Shown: one piece after another, positions 1 to 10,929 of the stretch
How the letters are laid out: each line of letters opens with the position of its first letter
How positions within the stretch are numbered: position 1 is the stretch's first letter
NCBI GenBank assembly: GCA_031409275.1
Contig: JANNXA010000027.1
Coordinates: 96,001-160,000 of the forward strand
Reading direction: 5' to 3'
DNA length: 64,000 nucleotides
From: Planctomycetota bacterium
GTDB taxonomy: Bacteria > Planctomycetota > B15-G4 > SIAN01
Program-made: the position numbers and the translations under genes
The notes under the pieces: model-generated
What the model was told of the DNA's origin: nothing
What the model saw: only the letters and a program-made list of their open reading frames with translations
Databases searched by the model: none

Positions 1-172
1 CGGGCGCGATCGTGCATCGACATCCGGAGCTCCTGGTGGGGCTCCTCATCGGCCGCGGTGAGGGGGGAAGTCGAGCGCGAGCGGCGCGGGCGGTTTCCCG
101 AGGTTGCATCGCGCGGCGTCGTTCCCTTTCCTTGCGCCCCGGTGGTGGAACCAGGCTCTCGAGGTCGCACGA

Positions 173-1783
173 GTGAAGCAGCCGGTCGGTCGATCGCACG
201 CCGCGGCCTGGGGAGGCGGGGCACTCGTCGTGGCGGGCCTCGGCGCGCTCGCCCTCGCGGCGACCGCGCCCTATGCGCGGCCGCGCGTTGCCCCGCGCGA
301 TGAGGTCGTCCTCACCTGCAGCGACACGACCGTCGCGGCCCGCCTGCTGCAGGCGCCGCCGATGGCGGGACGCGCTCGCGCCGAAGGGATCGACCTGCAG
401 CTCCTCACCGTGCCGATGGCGGTTTCGATCGAGCTCTTCCTCGCGGCCGAGCCCGACCTCGTTCCGCGCGCCATCCGCTTCGAGCCGCTCGTCGAAGTCG
501 AGCCCGCGCCGCGTTCGCGCCACCTGACGCGTGGCCGCTTCGCGCTCGACGGCGAGGCGAGCGCTCCACTCGTGCTGCCGCCCGCTGCAGCGATCGAGCT
601 GGCGCTGGAGGGACTAGCGCCGGGAACGGCCTATCGCTGGCGCTGCACGGTGACCGAAGCGGCCGTCGGCGAGCGCCAGGGCGCCGCCCAGCGCAGCGCC
701 GAGGCGAGCGGTCGCTTCGTCACCGTGCGTCCGCGCGGCGTCCCGTTCCGCTTCGCGCTCTTCTCCGACACGCACGTCTTCCCCGCGACGCTCGAACCGG
801 AACTGCCGCTCGAAGTGGCGCAGGATCAGGGCTTCCTCGATGTCGTGATGGACAGCCTCTTCTGGTACCGAACCGCGCGCGAGCGCGTCGCGGCCGAGTA
901 CGCCGCGGTCTTCGCGCGGCTGGGGGCCGATCGTCCCGACTTCGCGATCAGCCTCGGGGACGTCTTCGACCTCCACGGCCGCGGTTTCAACTGGGCCTTC
1001 GATCGGCAGGAGGTCGCCGACGCGGCCCACCTCGAGGCGCGCCGCGCGCTCTCGCTGCTGAACGGTGCCGGCACGATCTTCCAGGTGCTGGGCAACTGGG
1101 AGGGCGAATCGGGGTGCCACCCGGCAGCGCAGCGAGCGTTCGCGCGTTGCGCGCGGCAGCGTCACAGCGTCAATCCGCGGCCCGACACTTCGCGTTTCGG
1201 CGGCAGCTCCGACGAGGACTACTTCGCGTTCGAGTGGGGCGATCTCTTCGGCGTCGCGCTGAACGTGCGCGGCTACACGCCGACGGTTCACCACCTCGAT
1301 CCGGCGGAGCCCGGCGTCGGCAAGCCGGAGGACTTCACGCTCGGGGTCGCGCAGAAGAGCTACCTCGAGACGGCGCTCGCGCAGTCGGACCATCCCTACC
1401 GCGCCCTCTTCCTCCATCACGTGGTCGGCGGCAACGGCGGCAATCCCGCCGATTCCGCCTACGGCCGCGGCGGCGGGCGCGCGGCACGGATCGGCGAGCA
1501 GGCGTGGGTCCACGAACTGTGCCAGCGCTACGGAGTGCAGGTGATCTTCTACGGCCACGACCACGTCTTCACCGACCTCGAGGTCGATGGCATCCACTAC
1601 ACGCTGCCAGGCACCACGAGCGCGCCATGGCGTTTCACCGCCGCCGAGACCGGCTACGACCGCTCCTGGCCCGACAGCGGCTACGCGCGCGTGGACGTCG
1701 CGCCGTCGCGGATGCAGGTCGAGTTCGTGAACCTCGACGGCGCGGTGCTCTACTCCTACGCCGTGGCGCCGCGCGGCAAGTGA
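173..1783 (+). CDS. Exported calcineurin-like metallophosphoesterase (purple acid phosphatase-like) with FN3-like N-terminal region
   Basis: Motifs FSDTH, LGDVFD, LGNWE, LHH, FYGHDH; hydrophobic N-terminus. GTG start at 173 chosen; ORF is open from 104. Confidence 0.8.
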   Translation: MKQPVGRSHAAAWGGGALVVAGLGALALAATAPYARPRVAPRDEVVLTCSDTTVAARLLQAPPMAGRARAEGIDLQLLTVPMAVSIELFLAAEPDLVPRAIRFEPLVEVEPAPRSRHLTRGRFALDGEASAPLVLPPAAAIELALEGLAPGTAYRWRCTVTEAAVGERQGAAQRSAEASGRFVTVRPRGVPFRFALFSDTHVFPATLEPELPLEVAQDQGFLDVVMDSLFWYRTARERVAAEYAAVFARLGADRPDFAISLGDVFDLHGRGFNWAFDRQEVADAAHLEARRALSLLNGAGTIFQVLGNWEGESGCHPAAQRAFARCARQRHSVNPRPDTSRFGGSSDEDYFAFEWGDLFGVALNVRGYTPTVHHLDPAEPGVGKPEDFTLGVAQKSYLETALAQSDHPYRALFLHHVVGGNGGNPADSAYGRGGGRAARIGEQAWVHELCQRYGVQVIFYGHDHVFTDLEVDGIHYTLPGTTSAPWRFTAAETGYDRSWPDSGYARVDVAPSRMQVEFVNLDGAVLYSYAVAPRGK

Positions 1784-1796
1784 GGCCGCGCCCGCG

Positions 1797-2726
1797 TCAT
1801 CGGCTCGGCGGCCCGCTCGTCGTCGCCGGCACCGGATGCGGGAAGTGGATCGCCGCGAGCAGCGCCTGCAGCACGTCGTCGCGCGCCGCACCGACGCGAT
1901 CCTTGGTGGCGAGCTCGAGGGTGATGGTCGGCACGTCGCGATCGCGGCCGAGGTAGCTGCCAAGCGAACCGGGCGTCGGGTAGCCGATGGTGGGCGTCGT
2001 CGGCAGGCCGCAAGCTCGGCTCATGCTCTCCGCGAGCGCTTCGGCCGGGCCATCGAAGTTGACGCAAGCGGCCGCGGCATGAGTCGCGACGACGCGCACC
2101 GGTGCGTAGATCTGCAGCAGCGTCAGCACGAAGCGCGTCTCCGGCTCGGAGCCGGGCTGGAAGCCGGGACCATGGTCCCCGCCTTCAGCGCTCCAGTTCT
2201 GCGCCGGGAAGTTGCGATTGAGGTCGACGTCGCGCGCGTTCCGACGCGTTCCGGCGGCATTGCCGTCGGGATTCACTTCTGGCGCGATCACCACCTTGCA
2301 CTCGCCGAGGTCGGCGGGATGGTCGCAGCACCACTCGATCAGGTCGTAGGCGACTTCGGTCGAGGAGGTCTCGTCGCCATGCATCCCGCCGAGGATGAGG
2401 ACCGTCTCGGTCCCGCTGCCGAAGACCCAGTAGCGCAGTTCGCGTCCGGCGATCGACCGTCCCGGATGGACGATCGGCTCGCTGGTGATCGCGTGGCCGA
2501 ACGTGGATCGAAAACGGATCGGGGCCGCGACGACCGGACGCGGACGTGAGACGTAGGGCGCAGGCGACGGCCCCTGTTCGGCGATCGTCTGCGCGAGGCG
2601 CGTGCCCGGCTGGCGATCGGGCGGTGGGCCACCGACGGGAACGTCGGGCGCCACGCAGCCGGAACCGGCCACAGCGGCGATCATCGCGGCGACTGCTGCG
2701 CCCGCGCGGTGCATCGATCGAATCAT
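1797..2726 (-). CDS. mpaA: M14 zinc carboxypeptidase, murein peptide amidase A-like lipoprotein
   Basis: GGMHGDE, PEVNPDG, RRNARDVDLNRNFP, SEPET, GYPTPGSLGSY, TITLEL; lipobox-like AGSGC. Confidence 0.75.
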   Translation of the reverse strand: MIRSMHRAGAAVAAMIAAVAGSGCVAPDVPVGGPPPDRQPGTRLAQTIAEQGPSPAPYVSRPRPVVAAPIRFRSTFGHAITSEPIVHPGRSIAGRELRYWVFGSGTETVLILGGMHGDETSSTEVAYDLIEWCCDHPADLGECKVVIAPEVNPDGNAAGTRRNARDVDLNRNFPAQNWSAEGGDHGPGFQPGSEPETRFVLTLLQIYAPVRVVATHAAAACVNFDGPAEALAESMSRACGLPTTPTIGYPTPGSLGSYLGRDRDVPTITLELATKDRVGAARDDVLQALLAAIHFPHPVPATTSGPPSR

Positions 2727-2761
2727 CGAACATTCCCCTTCCGCCGCCTCGGCGTGACGCG

Positions 2762-4162
2762 TCAGCGCTCGAAGCGCAGGCGCTCGATCAACCAGGTCAG
2801 GTCCTCGGCCGCAGTCTGCTGCGCGAGCGGCGAGCCCGCGATGGTGAGGCGCCAGGTGTCGCCGCGGTGGAGCACGAAGAGCTCGCGCAGTCCGAGCGTC
2901 CGGCTCGCGTCGTCCGGATCAGGCCACGCCAACTCGTACTCCCAGGCGTGTTCGCCGTCGACCTCGTGGTCGCTGCGTTCGAACGCGCGCACCCGTTCCG
3001 CGCGCGGATGGAGGTCCTGCTGTTCGTCGGCGCGCGCGCGGCCGAGCGTCGCGCCGCCGCCGCCCGAGCTGTAAACCAGCCGCGGGTCGCGTCCGAACCA
3101 GTACTTGAGCTTCTGGTCGTAGCGGTAGATCTCGATCGCCAGCGGCGGATCGGCGCAGCGCAGCGTGAAGACGAGGCCGTCGGTGCGACGAAACGGCGCC
3201 GCTTCGCCGCTGAATCCCGGTTGCAACGGCAAGGTCACGGTGGCGCTGCCGTCGGCGGCCGACAACTTCGCGGCCGCCACCAGCGTCGCGAGCGGCTCGC
3301 GCGTCAGGAGGGCCGCGCGTCGCAGTCCGACCCGCTGCAGCAGCGTGAGGAGCGGCGCCGGCCATTCCGCGGCGTCCGGCGGCTTGCTGCCGAGCGACTC
3401 GCGCAGCAGTTCGAGCGCGCGGCCGGGATCGTCCGCTTCGAGCAGGCGGGGGGCCTGCTCGACGGCGAGGCGCTGTCCTTCGCTGAGCGGCGCCCGGCCG
3501 GTGGCGCGGACCGCCGTCTCGGCGACCGGCTCGCGCTCGATCGTCAACTCCTCGAAGCGTGGCTGCGACTGGAGCGACAGCAGGGCGAAGCCGTCGAACG
3601 GGCCGGCCGATCCGCTGCGCACCACGGTGAACGACTCGTCGTCGCCGACGCGGACCTTCAGGCGATCGAGCTCCCATTCGACCTGCAGCGCGAGCGCGCG
3701 GCCCGGCTTCGATTCGAAGGAGCGTTGCGCGAGCGGCGCGCCGTCGGCTTCGATCGCGACCTGGCCGGCACCGCGATCGAGCACGACTTGCGTCTCCTGC
3801 GCGCCGGCGCGCAGGAGCAGCGCGACGCGACCGACGCCCAGCAGGCGCGCGGTCACTCTTCCGCGGGGAGTCAGCGCGCGCCGCCAGCGCAGCTCTTCGC
3901 GTGCCCCTTTGCTGGTGCACCAGAGGCTGCCGGCCGAAAGGCTCCAGCTGCCGGACAACGGCTCGAAGTCGGCCAGATCGCGCTCGGCATCGAAGCGGTA
4001 GAGCAGCGATTCGAACGCCGGCCGCTGCGGAGCGGCCGGAGCCGGAGCCGGATCGGCCTCCTGCGCGCGAGCGTCGGCTGCGGCGAGGCCGGCGGCTGCG
4101 ACGCCGGCGAGCCACGCGGCAGTACGCAGCATCCGGTGCTTCAAGGTGGGCAGGCGCGACAT
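2762..4162 (-). CDS. Hypothetical exported protein
   Basis: 466-aa ORF with signal peptide ending ARA-QE; GC3-biased codons; no family recognised. Confidence 0.7.
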   Translation of the reverse strand: MSRLPTLKHRMLRTAAWLAGVAAAGLAAADARAQEADPAPAPAAPQRPAFESLLYRFDAERDLADFEPLSGSWSLSAGSLWCTSKGAREELRWRRALTPRGRVTARLLGVGRVALLLRAGAQETQVVLDRGAGQVAIEADGAPLAQRSFESKPGRALALQVEWELDRLKVRVGDDESFTVVRSGSAGPFDGFALLSLQSQPRFEELTIEREPVAETAVRATGRAPLSEGQRLAVEQAPRLLEADDPGRALELLRESLGSKPPDAAEWPAPLLTLLQRVGLRRAALLTREPLATLVAAAKLSAADGSATVTLPLQPGFSGEAAPFRRTDGLVFTLRCADPPLAIEIYRYDQKLKYWFGRDPRLVYSSGGGGATLGRARADEQQDLHPRAERVRAFERSDHEVDGEHAWEYELAWPDPDDASRTLGLRELFVLHRGDTWRLTIAGSPLAQQTAAEDLTWLIERLRFER

Positions 4163-4212
4163 CGCAGGCTCCGCGTACGATCGGCGAGGTGGCGATCATA
4201 CGGAGAGGAACG

Positions 4213-4866
4213 ATGCTCGACTCCTTGCTCGAAGCGCGGCAGCTCCTCATCAAGCAGGTGAAGGAGTGGTCGGAGATCCTGCTCGGTTACGAAGCGCGCA
4301 ACCGCTACGAGGTCCGCGACGAGGGCGGGCGCGTGGTGGCGATGGTGGCGGAAGAGGGCAGCGGCATCGGTCGCTGGCTCGGTCGCCAGTTCTTGGGCAA
4401 GTGCCGGCGCGCGACGTTGCACGTCCTCGATGCCGGCGGGAAGGAACTGGCTCGGATCGAGAAGCCGTTCCGGTGGTACTTCCACTCGGTCGAGCTGTTC
4501 GAGTCGGGTCGGCCTGCGGGCACGATCGTGCGCCGTTTCAGCTTCTTTCGCGACCACTTCTCCCTGCTCGCATCGGACGGCCGGGAACTGCTCTCGATCG
4601 AGCGCGGCTTCCTCGATCACTTCCGCTTCCGCGGCACCTTCCGCGTGACGATGGGCGGGCTCGAGGTGGCGCTCATCCGCAAGGAGTGGCGCGGTCTCCT
4701 CGCGGAGTGGTTCACCGACGCGGACCTCTTCGGCGTCGAGTTCACGGCGGCGGATCTCGACGCGGCCGTGAAGAAGCTCTTGTTCGCCGCGACGTTCCTG
4801 ATCGACTTCACCTGCTTCGAGAACAACCAGAAGCGCAGTGGGTTGACCTTCTTCGGCGGCGACTGA
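4213..4866 (+). CDS. Phospholipid scramblase / LURP-one-like protein
   Basis: SD GGAGAGG before ATG 4213; KQxKEWxEILLGYEARNRYEV, IxKEWRGLxxEWFTDADxFGVEF, LLFAATFLIDF. Confidence 0.75.
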   Translation: MLDSLLEARQLLIKQVKEWSEILLGYEARNRYEVRDEGGRVVAMVAEEGSGIGRWLGRQFLGKCRRATLHVLDAGGKELARIEKPFRWYFHSVELFESGRPAGTIVRRFSFFRDHFSLLASDGRELLSIERGFLDHFRFRGTFRVTMGGLEVALIRKEWRGLLAEWFTDADLFGVEFTAADLDAAVKKLLFAATFLIDFTCFENNQKRSGLTFFGGD

Positions 4867-4876
4867 GAGGGATTCC

Positions 4877-5464
4877 GTGAGCGAACGATTTCGACTGACC
4901 AAGATCTACACGCGCACCGGCGACGGCGGCGAGACCGGACTCGTCACCGGCGAGCGCGTCTCCAAGGCGCATCTGCGGATCGCCTCCTACGGCGATGTCG
5001 ACGAGCTCAACTCCGCGCTCGGCCTCGCGCGTGCCACCAATCGCGCGCGCCCCGCCGGCGCGCCAGCGCGCGACACGCTCGATCGCTGGCTGAAGGACGT
5101 GCAGAACGAGCTCTTCCTGGTGGGCTCCGACCTTGCGTGCGTGCTTGCCTCGCGGCCGCCGCAGATGAAGGTGGTGACCGACGCCGAGTCGACGCGGCTG
5201 GAAGAGCGGATCGACGAGATGAACGCGACGCTTGGCCCGCTCACCGAGTTCATCCTGCCCGGCGGCGGTCGTCTCGGCGCCGAGCTCCACCTCGCGCGCA
5301 CCATCTGCCGGCGCGCCGAGCGGGTCGCCGTCGCGCTCGCCGCGACCGAGCCGGTCGACGCCGCGACCATTCGCTACCTCAATCGGCTGAGCGATTTCTT
5401 GTTCGTCGCGGCCCGCTACGCCGCCCGGCAGTGCGGCGAGCCGGAGGAACTCTGGCAGCGCTGA
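4877..5464 (+). CDS. pduO: PduO-type ATP:cob(I)alamin adenosyltransferase
   Basis: KIYTRTGDGGET, YGDVDELNS, FILPGG, LHLARTICRRAER, YLNRLSDFLF. Confidence 0.93.
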   Translation: MSERFRLTKIYTRTGDGGETGLVTGERVSKAHLRIASYGDVDELNSALGLARATNRARPAGAPARDTLDRWLKDVQNELFLVGSDLACVLASRPPQMKVVTDAESTRLEERIDEMNATLGPLTEFILPGGGRLGAELHLARTICRRAERVAVALAATEPVDAATIRYLNRLSDFLFVAARYAARQCGEPEELWQR

Positions 5465-5541
5465 CCACCGCGCTGACCGGCGGCGGGCCGACCGCTCGAC
5501 ACTCACGGTCGGGAATCTCGGCGATCGTTCGGGGGATCACG

Positions 5542-6141
5542 ATGTCATGGAACTGGAAGCACTCGTGGCGGATCGCCGTCGGCGTGCTGATCGGCTGGCT
5601 GGTGGTCCGCGAATTCGGAGTGCTCGATTTCCAGCTCGCCGACGTGGACCTGCAGTGGGTCAGCAGTGCGAACACGAAACGGCGCGATGAGCCGGGGATC
5701 CGCAATCGGATCGATCGCGCCGAACCGATGCGCGGCATGGATCCAGTGTTCGGCCTCGCATCGCACGGTTCACCCGACGATCGCGACTTCGCGCGCCGAT
5801 TGCAGGCCTCGATCGAGTCGCAGCTGCGCTCGCGCTTTGCCGACGATCCGCGCCTCGGTGACGCGTCGATCGAGGTCGAGGTCGTCCTTGCGGCGCAGAG
5901 CGGCGTGGCGTGGCTGCCGCTCTGGAAGGAACTCTCGGCGGAAGTCGCCATCGAGATCGCGGTGGCACCCGTCTCGCCGCCCGGACCGGTCGTGGACTTC
6001 ATCTCGCAGGCGCGCTTCCGCGTGACGACCCGCGGCAGTTGCACGGCGCGAAGAGCGCGCGAGAACCGCGTGGAGCGGATTGCGACGTCGCTCGGCGAGC
6101 TGGCGGCGACGTCGATTCGGAAACAGCTCGAGTCGCGCTGA
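5542..6141 (+). CDS. Hypothetical membrane-anchored protein
   Basis: ATG 5542 after GGGGGA; N-terminal TM (IAVGVLIGWLVV). Confidence 0.55.
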   Translation: MSWNWKHSWRIAVGVLIGWLVVREFGVLDFQLADVDLQWVSSANTKRRDEPGIRNRIDRAEPMRGMDPVFGLASHGSPDDRDFARRLQASIESQLRSRFADDPRLGDASIEVEVVLAAQSGVAWLPLWKELSAEVAIEIAVAPVSPPGPVVDFISQARFRVTTRGSCTARRARENRVERIATSLGELAATSIRKQLESR

Positions 6142-6366
6142 CCCGACCCGGTCCGGCGCGCGGCTTGCACTGCGTGGAAGCGCCGTGACTGCGGCGCGTG
6201 CGCGGCATTGCAGCTCTGCGGCGCCGGAAGCGGTCGCAGTCGCCACGGACGCGGTTCGTTGCGATCGATGACGCTCGAGCGCGAGCGAGTCGCGCGTGCA
6301 TGAACTGCGTTGAACCGAGTTGCCAGAAGTGCATTCACGCTTCGCATCGCGAAGTACGGAGTCGCT

Positions 6367-7653
6367 GTGACCGTTCGGGCGACAGAGCCTCTGGCGACGC
6401 CGGCGACGAAAACGCCGCGTGCGGAGATCGTCGATCCGATTCCGTTGGCGCGCGAGCTTCCTCCACACGAGCGCCGCCATCTCCCCGTGCTCGACGGGCT
6501 GCGCGCGATCGCCGTGCTCCTCGTGCTGTGGGACCACGCGCCCGGCGCGATCGTCCCGAACTGGATGACCGCGCTGGCGAAGTGGCGCAATCCCGGCAAC
6601 TTCGGCGTCGACCTCTTCTTTGCGCTGAGCGGATTCCTCATCACGCGCATCCTCCTGGCGGAGCGTGCGGACGGCGTTCCGGTGCGCTACTTCCTGCTGC
6701 GGCGTGCCTTCCGAATCTTCCCGGTCTACTACCTGCTCCTGCTGGTGATGGCGATCGCGCGGCCGCATCCCGAGATCGGTTGGTGCGCGGTCTACCTCTC
6801 GAATTTCCACTCGGTCGTCCGCGACGCGCATTCGAGCTGGCTGCAGCACACGTGGTCGCTTTGCGTCGAGGAGCACTTCTACGCCGTCTGGCCGCTGCTG
6901 GTGGGCTTGCTGCCGCGTCGCGCGAGCCATTTCGTGGTCGCGGCGATCGTCGTGCCCGGGGCCGTGCTCGCGGGCGTCTTCTTCGTGGCGTTGCCGGCGA
7001 TCGAGCCGATCTGGCGCGCGATCGAGGCGCAGATCGCCGCGGGCACCATCGACCGATTCGACCGCCTTGGACTGGTGCTATTCGGGACGCCCTGTCGCGT
7101 GCTCTCGCTCGCGCTTGGGTCGCTGCTTGCCTACCACGAGTCGGCGCTCTGCCGGCGCTGGCAACGAAGCGTGGCGATCGCGGCGATCGGGCTCGCATCG
7201 GCGACCGCCCTGTCGATCGGGACGCCCGCGCTCTGCGCGGCGATCGGTCGGCACTTCCGGTTGCCGTTCCCCGCCACCGACGCCCGGCTCCTGATCGGTG
7301 TCGTCTCCACTTCGATCGCCACCAGTTCGACGCTGCTGCTGGTGCTCGCCGTGTCGAGCGGGCGCAGCAAGGCGGCGGCGCTCGTGACGGCGCTCCTCGC
7401 CGCCGCGCCGCTGCAGGCGATCGGCCGCATCAGCTACGGCCTCTACCTCCTGCACCTGCCGCTCTTTCGCGCCTTCGATGTCCATCGCCACGCCCGCGAG
7501 GGGGCGACGTGGTCGGTGTGGGGCGTGATCGCCGGCCTGTTCGCGCTGGCGACGCTCTCCTACGTCACCGTGGAACGACCGATCCTGCGCTTCGCGATGC
7601 GCTTCCGACGGGCGCCGTCGCGCGCGCCTCTCACCGGCCGCACGATCGACTGA
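6367..7653 (+). CDS. Acyltransferase family 3 (OafA/OatA-like membrane O-acyltransferase)
   Basis: LDGLRAIAVLLV, GVDLFFALSGFLIT, RRAFRIFPVY, HTWSLCVEEHFY, GRISYGLYLLH, SYVTVERP; start approximate. Confidence 0.9.
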   Translation: MTVRATEPLATPATKTPRAEIVDPIPLARELPPHERRHLPVLDGLRAIAVLLVLWDHAPGAIVPNWMTALAKWRNPGNFGVDLFFALSGFLITRILLAERADGVPVRYFLLRRAFRIFPVYYLLLLVMAIARPHPEIGWCAVYLSNFHSVVRDAHSSWLQHTWSLCVEEHFYAVWPLLVGLLPRRASHFVVAAIVVPGAVLAGVFFVALPAIEPIWRAIEAQIAAGTIDRFDRLGLVLFGTPCRVLSLALGSLLAYHESALCRRWQRSVAIAAIGLASATALSIGTPALCAAIGRHFRLPFPATDARLLIGVVSTSIATSSTLLLVLAVSSGRSKAAALVTALLAAAPLQAIGRISYGLYLLHLPLFRAFDVHRHAREGATWSVWGVIAGLFALATLSYVTVERPILRFAMRFRRAPSRAPLTGRTID

Positions 7654-7692
7654 TTCGGATCACGCGCGAGCCGTCGCTCGCTTGCGGGTCGC

Positions 7693-8730
<1,038 letters not shown>

Positions 8731-8797
8731 GTGCGTTGCGTCCGTGGCGCGGGGGAGGTGGTTTTGGAGTCGAAGCGCGGGCGGAGCGGGCGCTCGG

Positions 8798-10666
8798 TCA
8801 GCGGCGCTGCTCCTGGGCGAGGATGCCGTCGCTGATCGAGCGGGCATCGACCGGGAAGCCGGTGTAGTGACGCACGTGGCGGATCTTGTCGACCGATCCC
8901 GGCGTCGTGACGACGCCGCGGATCATCAGCTCCATCTGGCCGTCGCGGTTCTGCTCGACGACGTAGACACGGTCATGCGTCTTGAGGAACGCATCGATGG
9001 CATCGGTCGCGAGCGGCGTCGCGCGCAGGCGCAGGTAGTCCGTCTTGACTCCCGCCGCGGTCAGCTGATCGCGCGCCTCGCGCATCGCGTTGTTGGTCGA
9101 GCCGTAGGCGATGATCCCGATCTTCGCGCCCGGCACCGTGTCGAGCACCGGCTGCGGCAGCTTGGCGCGCGAACCTTCGATCTTCTTCTTGATGCGGTCG
9201 AGGTTGCGCTTGAAGACCTCGGGGTCCTCGGAGTAGCGCGCCTGTTCGTCGTGGCCCGAGCCGCGCGTGAAGTAGGCCGCATCGGGATGCGGGTTGCCGG
9301 CCAGCGTGCGCCACGGGATGCCGTCGCCGTCGACGTCGAGGTAGCGGCCCCACTTCTCGCCCTTCGCCTTCAGCTCGTCGAGCTGCGCAGGCGAGAGGAC
9401 CTTGCCGCGCTTGAACGGCTCATTCGTGAACTGCGGCGGCTCCGACATCCAGAAGTTCATGCCGAGGTCGAGGTCGAGCAGCACGAAGACCGGCGTCTGG
9501 AACTGCTCGGCGTAGTCGAAGGAGATGCGCGCGAACTCGTAGCACTCCTCGGGCGAGCAGGGATGCAGCACGAGGTGCTCGGTGTCGCCGTGCGAGCAGA
9601 ACGCCGCCGCGGTCACGTCCCCTTGCGCGGTGCGGGTCGGCAGGCCGGTCGAGGGGCCGACGCGCTGCACGTCGAAGATGACGCCGGGAATCTCGGCGTA
9701 GTAGCCGAAGCCGACGAACTCCGACATGAGGCTGATGCCCGGTCCGGCCGTGGTCGTCATCGAACGGGCGCCCGCCCAGCCGGCGCCCAGCACCAGCCCG
9801 ATCGAGGCGAGCTCGTCTTCGCACTGCACGTCCGCGAAGCGGATGGTGCCGGTGGTGCCGTCGACCCGGTGCTTCTTCGCCAGCGCGATCAGCGCCTCGG
9901 CGAGCGAGCTGCTCGGCGTGATCGGGTACCAGCCCATCACCGTCGCGCCGCCCATCAGGCAGCCGAGCGCGGCAATCGTGTTGCCCTCGATCAGGATCTT
10001 GTTGCCGTTCGCGTTCATCGTCTCGACGCGATAGGGATCCTGTTTGCTCAGGTTCGCCTTCGCGTAATCGATGCCTGCGCGCAGGCACTGGACGTTGATG
10101 TCGATCGCCTTCTGCTTGCTCTTGAAGTTGTCGGCGATGACCTTCAGCACCACGGTCTCGTCGAGGCCAAGCAGTTGCGTGGCGGCGCCGACGTACACCA
10201 TGTTGACCAGCATCTTGCGCAGCTTCGCGTCGGCCGCGAGGTTCTTGATGCAGTCGTTCATCGGGATCGGATAGGCGACGAGGTCACCGCGCGCCGTGAC
10301 CGGAGCGTCGGCGAGTTCGTTGCTGTTCCACATGACGACGGCGAGGGGACGCAGCGCGGCGACATCCTTCTCCCACGTCGCTGCGTTCATCCCGATCAGC
10401 CAGTCGAGCTCCTTCTTGCGCGCCGTGTAGCCGTCCTTGTTCACTCGAATCGTGAACCAGGTCGGCAACCCCTGGATGTTGGAGGGGAAGAGGTTCTTGG
10501 CGCTGATCGGGATGCCCATCCGGAACAGCGATTTGGCCAGGATGTTGTTGGCCGACTGGCTGCCGGTGCCGTTGACGGTGGCGACCTCGATCGAGAGGTC
10601 GTTCACGACCACTCGGGCGGGGGTTTGGGGCTTCGTGGGGGTGAGCGTTTCCGGGGGAGGATTCAT
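8798..10666 (-). CDS. korA: 2-oxoacid:ferredoxin oxidoreductase alpha subunit (gamma-alpha fusion)
   Basis: VNGTGSQSAN, FPSNIQGLPTW, WYPITPSS, QCEDELAS, QRVGPSTGLPTRT. Confidence 0.93.
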   Translation of the reverse strand: MNPPPETLTPTKPQTPARVVVNDLSIEVATVNGTGSQSANNILAKSLFRMGIPISAKNLFPSNIQGLPTWFTIRVNKDGYTARKKELDWLIGMNAATWEKDVAALRPLAVVMWNSNELADAPVTARGDLVAYPIPMNDCIKNLAADAKLRKMLVNMVYVGAATQLLGLDETVVLKVIADNFKSKQKAIDINVQCLRAGIDYAKANLSKQDPYRVETMNANGNKILIEGNTIAALGCLMGGATVMGWYPITPSSSLAEALIALAKKHRVDGTTGTIRFADVQCEDELASIGLVLGAGWAGARSMTTTAGPGISLMSEFVGFGYYAEIPGVIFDVQRVGPSTGLPTRTAQGDVTAAAFCSHGDTEHLVLHPCSPEECYEFARISFDYAEQFQTPVFVLLDLDLGMNFWMSEPPQFTNEPFKRGKVLSPAQLDELKAKGEKWGRYLDVDGDGIPWRTLAGNPHPDAAYFTRGSGHDEQARYSEDPEVFKRNLDRIKKKIEGSRAKLPQPVLDTVPGAKIGIIAYGSTNNAMREARDQLTAAGVKTDYLRLRATPLATDAIDAFLKTHDRVYVVEQNRDGQMELMIRGVVTTPGSVDKIRHVRHYTGFPVDARSISDGILAQEQRR

Positions 10667-10929
10667 GGCCGGCGTCTCTTCGGCTCCGATGCGGCGCGGG
10701 CGCCGCGGTATGCGGCCCCGAAAGGGCGAGGGAAGCTAAAGGATGCGGCACCGACGTGCCAGCGTGCCCCCTGGGCGACGGGCGGCGAGGCGTGGCGCCT
10801 GGGGCCAGCCGCCTCGCCGTCATTCTTCGATCATTCGGCGCCGCGGGCAGTACGACCCGCATCCGGCGTCGTAGGAGGGTTTGCGGCGCGCGGTGCCAGT
10901 CGAGACGCGCCGGGAGGGGGAACTCGCCG

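Noticed and set aside
1..60. Possible gene start on the minus strand (AGGAG then ATG at 23)
   Set aside because: Only a few codons fall in the window; product cannot be assigned.
10745..10765. TGGCACG on the minus strand upstream of korA as a sigma54 promoter
   Set aside because: GG-to-GC spacing is 9 nt, not 10.
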